IMG/VR virus record: IMGVR_UViG_3300032295_004070
Span: 1-44,275 of that record
Origin: a virus
Lineage: Duplodnaviria; Caudoviricetes
Reading direction: 5' to 3' (one strand)
Length of the DNA stretch: 44,275 bases
Part shown: positions 16,256 to 25,738 of the stretch, one piece after another
Layout: each line of letters opens with the position of its first letter
Numbering within the stretch: the stretch's first letter is position 1
Program-made: the position numbers and the translations under genes
The notes under the pieces: generated by a model
Told to the model about the DNA's origin: nothing
The model's input: only the letters and a program-made list of their open reading frames with translations
The model's database searches: none

Positions 16256-17991
16256 AACTCAAATTCTCCACTTCCACCACCAGCTTCTTCTCCACCACCT
16301 CCTCCACCTGCTTCAGGTGTAGTCTGAGCCCCTGCTTCGGGAGCTGCCTGAGCCCCAGTCTGTGCACCTACTTGAGCACCCGCCTGTGCACCACCAGCCT
16401 CCATTCCACCGCCTTCAGCACCACCTTCCATTCCACCACCTTCACCAGCAGCGGCAGCACCACCTCCCTTAGCGGATTTAATCCAATAAGCCTTATTCTC
16501 CTCAACCTCCTCTTGGGTGAGTTTGAGGACCTTATCAACTAAGTAATCGATGTGAAAATATGGCTGACCATCTGCAGTTTGAATACCAAGCAATGTTGAG
16601 AGTAGACCGGCACGTTTTTCCAAGTTCCCTAACTTTTTCCACTCCTCAAATAATTGGTTAGAAACAAAGTTAATATCAACTTGGTTCAAGAAAATCTCAT
16701 CATCTTTTAGTTCTGGAAACTCCATACACATTTGTAGACGGAGTGGCTTAACAATGAGTTCTTTATAGTTAGCTCTTAATCTGTTGATAAAGTTATTAAA
16801 CTTAACCTCATCTCTTGTCATGGAAGCAGCGTCATCAAACACAGTTCCACCACCATTCTCTTTATCAAATCTTTGGAAAGGTATTTTGGAAGCCCTCTTC
16901 AAAGCATTGAAAAACCAAGTCAACATATCATTTTCATTAAGATTGTGACCTTCTGGACTTATCAACTCCATAGCTGGTGTACCAGCGTCCCCTTCTGGGA
17001 ACCATATCTGTTTATTATAAGGTAAATGTTTTCTACCATTTATAGTCACTGTACCCATGGTGTCATCCCAGTCGATCTCCTCCGAATAATCAGCAATCAA
17101 CTGACCTATTTGTTCTTCAGCACGTTGTCTTGGAAGACCCTTGATAGGTATAGTAAACTTTTGATAAATTGTGGCATTGATAATATTAAACATTATCCTC
17201 GTTTGCTCCAATATCTTTAATTGATTATAAGGTCTTATCAAACCTTCGATATAGGATGTTTCGGAAAAATCTTGTTGTGCTGAATATGAAATAAAAACTA
17301 TTTGAGAATCTAAGAAAATTCTTCTCAATTGTGGGTCTTCAGGGTACTGAATCCATAAGTTTCCAATAGCTGGTTCATATGCCGGAACTAATGTCTCTGG
17401 TCTAAGTCTATTAAAATAAATAATATTTTTCTTTTTATCATCCCAAACAATTTCAATAGCAACATAACCATCGATTAGATAATCTCTCATCATATTCCAT
17501 GCAGTGATGTTATCATTAAAACCAAACTTATTATAGATAACTTCAAAAAACTCTTGATATTTATCCCTAACGTCTTGCGGAAAATCATTACTTAGAGGTT
17601 CTGGAGAACAAAAATCTTTTTCATCATTAAAAATGATGGACTCATCAGCAACTGCTGATACAAAATCTCTGATTTCATCTTTAATTGAATATTCTCTTAA
17701 TATTCTTCTTTTATCAGCATATGAACGGTCAAGATATGGTATTGATTTCTTATTTAGAACAGAAGCAACCGCTTTCTGTGAAAAGAAATCATACATTGAA
17801 TTATTTTTCTGAGCAAATGGGTCTTCGTTCATACCAACACCCACAGTATTTCTCAGAATCATATCATCATACCTCATGCCAAAATTAGATAATTGGCGGA
17901 GCAGTCTATTAAATATACCTTTGTTTTCTACAGAGGATGATATATTAGCTTGATTTTGCTGTTGATTATTCAGTGGGTTATAGGATGGCAT
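16252..17991 (-). CDS. gp20: portal protein (T4 gp20-like)
   Basis: YLIDG, LIRPYNQLKILE, LPRQRAEE, LKRASKIPFQRF, TRDEVKFNNFINRLR; Gly/Ala/Glu tail. Confidence 0.93.
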   Translation of the reverse strand: MPSYNPLNNQQQNQANISSSVENKGIFNRLLRQLSNFGMRYDDMILRNTVGVGMNEDPFAQKNNSMYDFFSQKAVASVLNKKSIPYLDRSYADKRRILREYSIKDEIRDFVSAVADESIIFNDEKDFCSPEPLSNDFPQDVRDKYQEFFEVIYNKFGFNDNITAWNMMRDYLIDGYVAIEIVWDDKKKNIIYFNRLRPETLVPAYEPAIGNLWIQYPEDPQLRRIFLDSQIVFISYSAQQDFSETSYIEGLIRPYNQLKILEQTRIMFNIINATIYQKFTIPIKGLPRQRAEEQIGQLIADYSEEIDWDDTMGTVTINGRKHLPYNKQIWFPEGDAGTPAMELISPEGHNLNENDMLTWFFNALKRASKIPFQRFDKENGGGTVFDDAASMTRDEVKFNNFINRLRANYKELIVKPLRLQMCMEFPELKDDEIFLNQVDINFVSNQLFEEWKKLGNLEKRAGLLSTLLGIQTADGQPYFHIDYLVDKVLKLTQEEVEENKAYWIKSAKGGGAAAAGEGGGMEGGAEGGGMEAGGAQAGAQVGAQTGAQAAPEAGAQTTPEAGGGGGGEEAGGGSGEFEF

Positions 17992-18027
17992 CCAAAAATT
18001 TATTATTTATTATTATATGGATATATA

Positions 18028-18726
18028 TTAACTTTGTCGTCCATACTTTTCTATACTAGCCTTTACTCGTTTTATGTGCCCTTTTAGAACATCATACTTG
18101 TTGGATATCTCCTCTGATGTCTCATAAAAATCTTTCAATAAAAATTGGGAAATCTCAGCATCTCTTTTATCTTTATTGATAAGTTTAGCTTTCCAAATAA
18201 AATAAAGTTTTTTTGCATCATATTTGTTTTTGGGATAGCCAGAATAGAGAAATCTTGGGACTGAATTCATTTCAATTTTATGACAGAGTTTAATTTGAGA
18301 TAAATTATACTCACATATCGAATATTCAAATGAGTATTTTCTCAATATCTCATAGGTTGCTTTCATGTCAACTTTTAATGGAGTGTCTTTCTCAAAATTC
18401 ACATCATTAAGAACATTATCAAAAACACTTGTTCTAACTTCAAGAGGAACAAAATTCAAATTAATAGCAAAAACTATTTGTAAATTTTCGAATTTTTTCA
18501 CAGTGATAACAAAAACTGGAGACCATTTCATCCAATTAGAATCATCCATATAATGAAAAAAGTAAAATCTACCAGCTTGGATTTTAGATAAAGGAACCGC
18601 ATCTACCTCCTTGTCGGATTTTCTATATTTTTCATAAAAGTAAAGAGAATTTTTCTTGTAAGCATCTGCTACACCATCACCATTTACCAGAACACTTAAT
18701 TTAACTCTTTCAAGTAAGTCACCCAT
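18028..18726 (-). CDS. gp2: DNA end protector-like protein (T4 gp2-like)
   Basis: GRFYFFHY...SPVFVI...AINLNFVPLEVR; adjacent to gp4. Confidence 0.65.
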   Translation of the reverse strand: MGDLLERVKLSVLVNGDGVADAYKKNSLYFYEKYRKSDKEVDAVPLSKIQAGRFYFFHYMDDSNWMKWSPVFVITVKKFENLQIVFAINLNFVPLEVRTSVFDNVLNDVNFEKDTPLKVDMKATYEILRKYSFEYSICEYNLSQIKLCHKIEMNSVPRFLYSGYPKNKYDAKKLYFIWKAKLINKDKRDAEISQFLLKDFYETSEEISNKYDVLKGHIKRVKASIEKYGRQS

Positions 18727-18758
18727 AATGAATATATATTCAAATTCGAAAAACCTTT

Positions 18759-19265
18759 ATGATCAACAGCGCTCCTAAACAAAGCAAAAAGTACAGACAG
18801 GGACTATATACACCCAATAATAGAGAAAAAGTGATAAAACTGAATAGTCAGGGTGGTTTATTTTATAGGTCTGGACTCGAACAAAAAATGATGATTTATT
18901 TGGATATGAATGAAAACATCATTCACTGGGGCGCTGAGCATTTGAGAATTCCTTATACAAAGACTGAATGGGTTTCAGAATTGCAAAGTTTCAAAACTAG
19001 TGAACATAGTTACTACCCAGACTTTTATTATGAACTAAAAAGACAAGATGGTACATTATCTAGAGTCGTTGCCGAGGTTAAACCACACTCTGAAACAAAT
19101 CCTCCTAAATTGTCCGACAATCCAACCGCCAAACAATTAAAAAACTTTGAATATGCGTTGAAAATGTATAACAAAAACCTGAGTAAATGGAAATCAATGA
19201 TTGAATATTGTGAAAGAAAAGGATTCGAGTTTATAATAATCACCGAACAACATTTGAATAGATAA
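18759..19265 (+). CDS. gp4: head completion nuclease (T4 gp4-like, TnsA-type PD-(D/E)xK)
   Basis: YRSGLE, WGAE..IPY, YYPDF, EVKP, NLSKW, FIIITEQHL. Confidence 0.9.
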   Translation: MINSAPKQSKKYRQGLYTPNNREKVIKLNSQGGLFYRSGLEQKMMIYLDMNENIIHWGAEHLRIPYTKTEWVSELQSFKTSEHSYYPDFYYELKRQDGTLSRVVAEVKPHSETNPPKLSDNPTAKQLKNFEYALKMYNKNLSKWKSMIEYCERKGFEFIIITEQHLNR

Positions 19266-19631
19266 TCAAATGGAGTGTAATCCCTGACCATCATTTGAAC
19301 TTTCGATTGAAATTAATCTTATTTGATGGTCACTATCACCCTTTTTCTTATATAGCTCATTAAAACCCTTAGCCAATCCCCTTTTGAAAACTTCTGTAAA
19401 ATAAGCAAATGCATTTTCAGATTTTTCCTCGTTGAAATTGTACCAGTTTGAAAACATATCCAATAGACCAGATTGATAACAATCCATTCTATCGTCATTA
19501 TTATAGTAGCGCATTTTTTTAATAGTTCTTTTAGCAAGAACCTCCAACATTAATTTGGATTTGTAAGTGAGTTTGCCTTGAGCTTTGGAAATTATTATTT
19601 CCATGTAAAGGTCTTTATTATGAAGGTAAAT
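19266..19631 (-). CDS. gp55: late-transcription sigma factor (T4 gp55-like); start probably ATT 19631, first ATG 19604
   Basis: YLHNKDL N-terminal motif, NFNEEKSENAFAYFTEV region-2 motif. Confidence 0.8.
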   Translation of the reverse strand: MYLHNKDLYMEIIISKAQGKLTYKSKLMLEVLAKRTIKKMRYYNNDDRMDCYQSGLLDMFSNWYNFNEEKSENAFAYFTEVFKRGLAKGFNELYKKKGDSDHQIRLISIESSNDGQGLHSI

Positions 19632-19696
19632 AGTACAAAGATTATTTTTATATAGAGGTTTATATATTAATGAAAATTAAAGTTTTGTTATTAAAT

Positions 19697-19726
19697 AAAA
19701 AAAACCAGATTTCTCTGGTTTTTTTT
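19697..19726. terminator. intrinsic terminator
   Basis: A8, CCAGA-tttc-TCTGG, T8. Confidence 0.85.
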
Positions 19727-19749
19727 AAATTTAAATAAATATTATTATA

Positions 19750-21039
19750 TTAAAGTCTTTCTTTTTCTCTTTCATTATATTGTAGTTCTCTAATAGCTAA
19801 TAATTCTTCTTCTAATGTATCTTTTCTTTTTCTAAGATTTCCTAACGCTATCGATAAAGTATTTGATTCACCAATCATTTTGATAGAACCTTCAATTTTA
19901 CCAATGTTCAAATCAACATCCTCTAACTTTAAAGTAATTTCTCTTTCTTTATCTTCTAATTTTCTCTTTGTTACAAGTTCTTTACTTAAATTACTTTCAT
20001 AAAAATAAGTAAGGTCATAGTTCATTTCATTTCTAACTTCATTAACTAACTCCAAAGCACTTTCATATTTAAAGAACGAATTGCCATATCTTTCATCACA
20101 TCTGTATAAATAAATTGCATTTTTATAATTGAATGCAAAAACCTCCAAGTGTGGATTAATTAAGTTAGAAACTCTTTTAACCACATCCATTTCAACAAAT
20201 TTGTTTAAGTTATGTGAAGTCTCAAGTAAAATCGGGTAGAAATTCTTATTTACGATAGGAATGATCGGGGAAGCAAATAAACTCTCCAAAGTAGTTTCCT
20301 TGTTCATTTCATCATCATTGATGAAAATAACTCCCTTCTTTTCAGTTGAAAGACCGATAGTCAAGCTTTCAGAAATCCTAAAATTGATTCTATCTTCACA
20401 TAGAGTAGCAAATCTCATACCGATTTCAAGATTTCTTAGTGTTCTTAACTTATCTTGATCCTGTACGTGATTTTCCAATAAAGTTTTTTCAATATTATTT
20501 TCAGTTAAGATGAACCAAGCATCTCTAACATGACAAAGGTATCCATCTTCAACTTGTTCAACAATAGTGTAAATTGACTCGGCTTTACCACCAGACAATA
20601 AATTAGTCTTTTTCTCAGGTGATTTTACTAAGTTATGTACAAATAATTTGATTTCAGGCACCCAATCGTAGACAGCTAATTCGTTAAGAATTTTTGACAT
20701 TCTATCTTGGTCAGAATCCATATTGATAGTTTGTAAAAGTACATTGATAGGTTGTCTTAAAAGTTGACCTTGATTTTTACTATCCAAAACATTATATAAA
20801 TGTTTCAATTCATATAATAATTGGTACTCTTTCACATCATCATTTAAAGACTCCAATAAAGTTTTAACTGATTTATCGAAAGTGTATTGTTTTAATTGTT
20901 CATTCAAAGAAAGAATTATCTGTTTTTCAGATAAAGAATTGCAAGCATTTATATGGCCTTCTAGAATAGAGGACAGTTGCACGTCCTCTAGGAGGAAGTT
21001 TTTTCTAAAGTTGAATAACTCCAATTTGAGATTCTTCAT
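19750..21039 (-). CDS. hypothetical late protein with C-terminal coiled coil
   Basis: 429 aa; own TAATATATA (21080-21072) and terminator. Confidence 0.75.
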   Translation of the reverse strand: MKNLKLELFNFRKNFLLEDVQLSSILEGHINACNSLSEKQIILSLNEQLKQYTFDKSVKTLLESLNDDVKEYQLLYELKHLYNVLDSKNQGQLLRQPINVLLQTINMDSDQDRMSKILNELAVYDWVPEIKLFVHNLVKSPEKKTNLLSGGKAESIYTIVEQVEDGYLCHVRDAWFILTENNIEKTLLENHVQDQDKLRTLRNLEIGMRFATLCEDRINFRISESLTIGLSTEKKGVIFINDDEMNKETTLESLFASPIIPIVNKNFYPILLETSHNLNKFVEMDVVKRVSNLINPHLEVFAFNYKNAIYLYRCDERYGNSFFKYESALELVNEVRNEMNYDLTYFYESNLSKELVTKRKLEDKEREITLKLEDVDLNIGKIEGSIKMIGESNTLSIALGNLRKRKDTLEEELLAIRELQYNEREKERL

Positions 21040-21123
21040 AATAACATTTATTATTTTTTTAGTTTATTTCTTATATATTAGTTTCTAAAACCATTTTTTA
21101 TCACTTTTTCTAATTTACTTGAT

Positions 21124-22518
21124 TTATAAGACTGGTCTATCTGCATTTGTGTCTCTATCACTTTGTTGCATTCTTCTGTCGGTCAAACTAATCAAATTTT
21201 TATACCATCTTGTCATTTTTGGATAAAGGATAATATCTGAATTTTCCAAACCAGCACCTACCTGTGTGTACGCATTCGACAACAAGTCATTTCTTGTTGG
21301 TTGGTCTTGTTGAATAAATATATCAGTACAAAATTGCAATTCTAGATTTTCGCAAGAAAAAATAGGGACAAAATTATTTGTTCCATTTATATCTATTTCC
21401 AAATCATATTTCAAACCTGTTACATCAGAGGTTAGTTGAAAATAGTTACCCATCGATGATTCACCAACCCCTATAAAAAATTCGAGCCCACCATTTGCAT
21501 TTGTGGTCAAATTTTGAACCTCACTGTAAACTAAGGTTGTGCAATCATTGGTGTATATGGAAATTTGAAAGTTGGCATTCTTATTATTATAAGAAGTCGA
21601 AACCGTTTTCTTTGTTGGAAATGGTAAATTTACAAAGTTATTATCACCATTCAGGTCAATCTCAACACAATACTTTACATAACTATCGGAAATCACTGAA
21701 GAATAATTACCCTTCACACCTATACCCCTACCGATTATAATATTCAGAGTGGCATCAGAGGAACTTGTACAATTATGGACTTCGCTGAGAAGCAAATTTT
21801 CATTAGAATTCCTCACGTTTATACGAAAATAAGCATTCTTATTCGGAACACCACAGTTAAAACTTACATCTATGGGTTTTGGGAGTTTTGGTTTTCTAAA
21901 TGATGGGTAATAAGTCTGTACATCAAACTGAACTGTTAACTTTATAGTATTATCAGATGTAAGATTCTTCTCTCGATTTATTTCTATACTATTTGTATCA
22001 GGTATAGTCATAACCGCATCTATATTCATAAAATTATGTTCAAAATACATAAATCGATATAACCAAAGTGTATCCATTATCGCTTGAGAACATTTGAATG
22101 TATCCACCTCACTAGATAGGTGAATAGTCAAATCATACTTAGCTGTTATAGGGATGGCTCTTACCTTGGTCAATATATTCCTCATTTCCTCATCGTTCTC
22201 CACAACCATCTTCAACCAAACGTTTGGGTTAGCGAACTCGTCCGACCTTATGTCATACCCTGTCAAAGTTAAATGACCCCTAGGCACGATATCAGTGTTT
22301 AAATCAACGTAACGACTATTCGAAACAATATCATCATGGAATGAGTCCAAGAGGAATCTTTCATCACCAGTCATTGAATAATAGAACGGAACATTTACAA
22401 TCCTGTCACCAGAACTGAACCTATTTGTCCATTTTATTTCACCCTCTAGTGTATCTAGTACACATATTGTTAAATCTCTGAAAAATACATCTTCAAAATT
22501 GAACCTTTCTCCAATCAT
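21124..22518 (-). CDS. gp15: tail completion/terminator protein (T4 gp15-like) with a duplicated C-terminal accessory domain
   Basis: FFRDLTI, IVNVPFYY, VPRG, IPITAKYDL, TIKLTVQFDVQTYYP; two ~70-aa beta-rich repeats. Confidence 0.65.
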   Translation of the reverse strand: MIGERFNFEDVFFRDLTICVLDTLEGEIKWTNRFSSGDRIVNVPFYYSMTGDERFLLDSFHDDIVSNSRYVDLNTDIVPRGHLTLTGYDIRSDEFANPNVWLKMVVENDEEMRNILTKVRAIPITAKYDLTIHLSSEVDTFKCSQAIMDTLWLYRFMYFEHNFMNIDAVMTIPDTNSIEINREKNLTSDNTIKLTVQFDVQTYYPSFRKPKLPKPIDVSFNCGVPNKNAYFRINVRNSNENLLLSEVHNCTSSSDATLNIIIGRGIGVKGNYSSVISDSYVKYCVEIDLNGDNNFVNLPFPTKKTVSTSYNNKNANFQISIYTNDCTTLVYSEVQNLTTNANGGLEFFIGVGESSMGNYFQLTSDVTGLKYDLEIDINGTNNFVPIFSCENLELQFCTDIFIQQDQPTRNDLLSNAYTQVGAGLENSDIILYPKMTRWYKNLISLTDRRMQQSDRDTNADRPVL

Positions 22519-22549
22519 AAGTTATATATTAAGTTCAGTCGATTCTACT

Positions 22550-22576
22550 AAACTTTATTTTATCCAAACTTTATAA
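22550..22576 (+). promoter_or_regulatory. putative early/middle promoter AAACTT-N16-TATAA
   Basis: Ends 7 nt before the clamp loader ATG. Confidence 0.5.
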
Positions 22577-22583
22577 GATTCCT

Positions 22584-23558
22584 ATGAAAAACCTTTTACT
22601 TTCCGAAAAATGGAGACCTAAGAAATTTGAAGATATTATCCTATTACCAAGGATAAAGAATATTTTTGAGGGTGGTTTAAACAATAACTACCTACTTTGT
22701 GGACATTTCGGAACTGGTAAAACCTCCATAGCTAGAATCTTGATTGGTAAATATTCAAAAGATAAACCATTCTTAGAGATAAACAGTTCCTTCTATACAT
22801 CAATCGACACCCTAAGAACAAAAATAGATGATTTTTGTTCTAAAGTATACATGGGATTTGACTTAATTGATGAGGTCACTAAAGACCAAATAAAATATGT
22901 TTTTTTAGATGAGTTTGAAAGAACGTCGATTCAATATCAAGATGCTCTAAAAGCCTATATTGAAGAATACTCACAAAAAAATGTGAGGTTCATTTTCACA
23001 ACAAACCATGTAAACAAAGTATCTGATGGAATTAGGTCAAGATTGATTGAGGTAGATTTTAATACTCAGAATAAAGATGAAGAAAGATTTTTAAAACAGG
23101 AAATCTATAAGAGGATAAAAAATGTAATATCCCCCCAAGAAAATTTAGAAATATCTAAAGATGATTTAGTAAAAATTATTAATAAAAAGTTCCCAGATTT
23201 TAGGTCTATTTTAATAGAGGTTGATAAGTTCAGAATAAGCGGTGATACTACTCTCCACCAAACCTTGAATACTAAACTCAAAGAAGATACTTATAGTATC
23301 ATCTATGATAAAACAAAAAATTATGAAGACATCTATCATTTTTTGAACGAGAATTTTGGAAATGATGGTATAAATGATTTACTCCAGATATTAGGTAAAG
23401 ATTTTATAACCCATTCACTGAATGAAAAGAGGGAAAATATTGAAAAGCTTTTCAAAGTTAACTACATAGTATGTGATTACGGACACTTATTGGAAACTAA
23501 TACAGACCCAATAATACTCGGTATGACTATTATGGGTAAAATAAGAGAACTTTTTTAA
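22584..23558 (+). CDS. gp44: clamp loader AAA+ subunit (T4 gp44/RFC-like)
   Basis: EKWRPK, Walker A GHFGTGKTS, Walker B FLDEFE, IRSRL, FPDFRS. Confidence 0.92.
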   Translation: MKNLLLSEKWRPKKFEDIILLPRIKNIFEGGLNNNYLLCGHFGTGKTSIARILIGKYSKDKPFLEINSSFYTSIDTLRTKIDDFCSKVYMGFDLIDEVTKDQIKYVFLDEFERTSIQYQDALKAYIEEYSQKNVRFIFTTNHVNKVSDGIRSRLIEVDFNTQNKDEERFLKQEIYKRIKNVISPQENLEISKDDLVKIINKKFPDFRSILIEVDKFRISGDTTLHQTLNTKLKEDTYSIIYDKTKNYEDIYHFLNENFGNDGINDLLQILGKDFITHSLNEKRENIEKLFKVNYIVCDYGHLLETNTDPIILGMTIMGKIRELF

Positions 23559-23568
23559 TATATAATTT

Positions 23569-23952
23569 ATGTCTTTAGATTTTTCCGATTTTTACATAAA
23601 GTACAGAGGTCAACCAAGATACAATGAGTTAGAAATTGTTGAGGATGATGTTATTAAAGTAATCATACAAAAATATGAAATGATATTATTCACCATAAAA
23701 GGTGAGGTATTGGGTGATCCTGATTTCGGAGCGAATTTAGATGAATTACTTTTTGAGACGAATGTTTCTGCAAGTTTTGTTGAAGATATTATTTTAGAAC
23801 AGATACAAAATTATGTACCTGAACTGCTCAACACAAGTTTTTCCCTTACTGTGGAGTTCGCTGAAGATCCGGAAAACTATCAAAACTTTATGTTTGTCAA
23901 CCTAAGAGTAGCGGATTATGACATCATAGCTAAGGTTGGTAGAATGGTCTAA
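23569..23952 (+). CDS. gp25: baseplate wedge subunit (gp25/GPW-like)
   Basis: ILFTIKGEVLGDPDFGANLDELLFE...IQNYVP. Confidence 0.88.
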   Translation: MSLDFSDFYIKYRGQPRYNELEIVEDDVIKVIIQKYEMILFTIKGEVLGDPDFGANLDELLFETNVSASFVEDIILEQIQNYVPELLNTSFSLTVEFAEDPENYQNFMFVNLRVADYDIIAKVGRMV

Positions 23953-24563
23953 ATTGGACAATGGCTAGCTGTATAAATGAATTTGTAATTCTTTGTCAAT
24001 TTCACTCCCAAGGATTCTGCACTTGTGGTTATATCTAGTAAACATTCAGAATCTGCTCCGCCGACTATAACAACATCTTTACCCTTGAATGTGACTAATA
24101 AATCATGTAGTTTCTTTGGTAAATGATACCACTTATGATTATTTCCTATATAAACTATGTGAGTACCGAACTTTGTTGGAAATATATCCCCTCGTTTTAG
24201 TTCTTTTTTATCTTCTTTTGATTTTACTAAATCATAAACTTTTTTATCTAATACTTTCTTATAGAAATCCACATCGACATCATAGTTATATCTTTTCTCT
24301 ATAATTTCCTTTTGGTTGGGAAACCAGTATAAATCACCATGGACTGGTACAGTGGGATTTTCATCGTATAAATAATCCTTTTGAACATTTTTACCATCTA
24401 CATGATTGTCGAATATTTGATAAACCTCTGAAAATTCTTCACAATACTTTTTTAATTCATTCAAATACATTTCTGTGAAATATTTACGAAAAGATTTTTG
24501 GACATCAACTATAACTAATGTTTTATCATTCCCGAAATTTTCAAAAGTCTTTAAAAACAACAT
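23949..24563 (-). CDS. isochorismatase/nicotinamidase-like cysteine hydrolase
   Basis: Asp-Lys-Cys triad pattern: LVIVDVQ, IIEK, VVIVGGADSECL. Confidence 0.75.
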   Translation of the reverse strand: MLFLKTFENFGNDKTLVIVDVQKSFRKYFTEMYLNELKKYCEEFSEVYQIFDNHVDGKNVQKDYLYDENPTVPVHGDLYWFPNQKEIIEKRYNYDVDVDFYKKVLDKKVYDLVKSKEDKKELKRGDIFPTKFGTHIVYIGNNHKWYHLPKKLHDLLVTFKGKDVVIVGGADSECLLDITTSAESLGVKLTKNYKFIYTASHCPI

Positions 24564-24587
24564 AGATTATATATTATTAATGGCAAT

Positions 24588-24616
24588 AAAAAAACCCTCT
24601 ATATTAGAGGGTTTTT
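24588..24616. terminator. intrinsic terminator
   Basis: A7, CCCTCTA-tat-TAGAGGG, T5. Confidence 0.85.
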
Positions 24617-24632
24617 ATTAAATATTATTAGA

Positions 24633-25166
24633 TTACGCTGGTAGTTCTTCACCACCCTCTTCCTCTTCTTCACCAGCCTCTTCCTCTTCGCCTTCTTCCT
24701 CATCCTGAGCTTGTCCCTGCGCTTGTGGTTGAGCCTGTCCTTGGCCTTCTGGCTGAGCTTGTGGTTGAGCTTGTGGTTGAGCTTGAACATCTTCAAAGTC
24801 TTGTCCTTGAGTTTGAGCTTGTGGTTGAGCTTGTGGTTGAGCTTGTGGTTCAGTTTGAACTTGTGTTTGAGCTTGAGTTTGGGAACCACCAACGAGCGCA
24901 GTAGCCGAAATCTTTTCAGAATCCAAACCATTTTGTGTAACGAACTTTACAATTTCCTCAGCGATATCCATATCACCAAAAAATTGTCTAAGGTTTTTAC
25001 CAGTGTTGTCTTTCACTTTCTTTACATATGCATTTATTAATGACTGTGGAATATCAACAGTTGATTTCACTTTATAAATGTCATTCACCTGTAAAACAGA
25101 TTCTCTAATGATTTCTGTCCTTCTTTTTCCTGTCTGGAATGATTTGAATTTTCTGATATGACTCAT
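24633..25166 (-). CDS. hypothetical late protein with QAQP repeats and acidic tail (candidate head core protein)
   Basis: Own promoter GAATATATA (25205-25197) and terminator; low-complexity C-terminal half. Confidence 0.8.
   Translation of the reverse strand: MSHIRKFKSFQTGKRRTEIIRESVLQVNDIYKVKSTVDIPQSLINAYVKKVKDNTGKNLRQFFGDMDIAEEIVKFVTQNGLDSEKISATALVGGSQTQAQTQVQTEPQAQPQAQPQAQTQGQDFEDVQAQPQAQPQAQPEGQGQAQPQAQGQAQDEEEGEEEEAGEEEEEGGEELPA
24706..24880 (-). repeat. 12-nt coding repeats (CCACAAGCTCAA = PQAQ) in duplicated blocks
   Basis: ttgagcttgtgg units repeated on the + strand. Confidence 0.85.
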
Positions 25167-25225
25167 TTTTTCTAGTTAATTTTTTTAAATGTATTTTATA
25201 TATTCAAAACAAAAAACACTTTTTT

Positions 25226-25732
25226 TCAATGTATTAATAAAAATATACCAAAAACTATACTTAGTATAAGAAATGTACTGCTTCCACCAATACCAAGATT
25301 CCTTTGAAATTTTAAATCTCTAATAATACTTTCATTATTAGATATTATAGTGTCCTTTTTTGCAGAGATTTGTTTATGGAAACTCTTGTCCTTTCTTTCT
25401 AAATTTAAATTATAGTTTAAAGTATCAATCAAGGCTGTACTCTTTTTATCTGTTGAGTCCATTTTTGATATAGTAGTCTTAAAAGTGGATATTCTCTTCT
25501 CATAATCATCTACTAAAACAATATAACGATTTATAGTAGAGTCACAAGAGATTTTCATTGTCTCCAAAACCATTTTCAACTCCAAGTCATTCTTTATTTG
25601 TTTCATTTTACTAATAGGCATTGTAATACCAAGAGTATCCCCATTTTCAATATAGTATTTAGGTAGATTGTTTTGTCCAAATGATAAACTCGAAAAACAA
25701 ATCAAAAAAAGTGGAGTTAAAATATTTTTCAT
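25226..25732 (-). CDS. signal-peptide, coiled-coil protein with C-terminal TM helix (spanin-like candidate)
   Basis: MKNILTPLFLICFSSLSFG|Q; C-terminal FLILSIVFGIFLLI. Confidence 0.6.
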   Translation of the reverse strand: MKNILTPLFLICFSSLSFGQNNLPKYYIENGDTLGITMPISKMKQIKNDLELKMVLETMKISCDSTINRYIVLVDDYEKRISTFKTTISKMDSTDKKSTALIDTLNYNLNLERKDKSFHKQISAKKDTIISNNESIIRDLKFQRNLGIGGSSTFLILSIVFGIFLLIH

Positions 25733-25738
25733 ATTATT

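Noticed and set aside
16255-16470. GC-rich patch suggesting foreign DNA
   Set aside because: Explained by the Gly/Ala/Glu low-complexity tail of the portal protein.
24599-25040. ORFs 24599..24931(-) and 24711..25040(+) with KLNH or LWLS repeats
   Set aside because: Alternative-frame readings of the PQAQ repeat.
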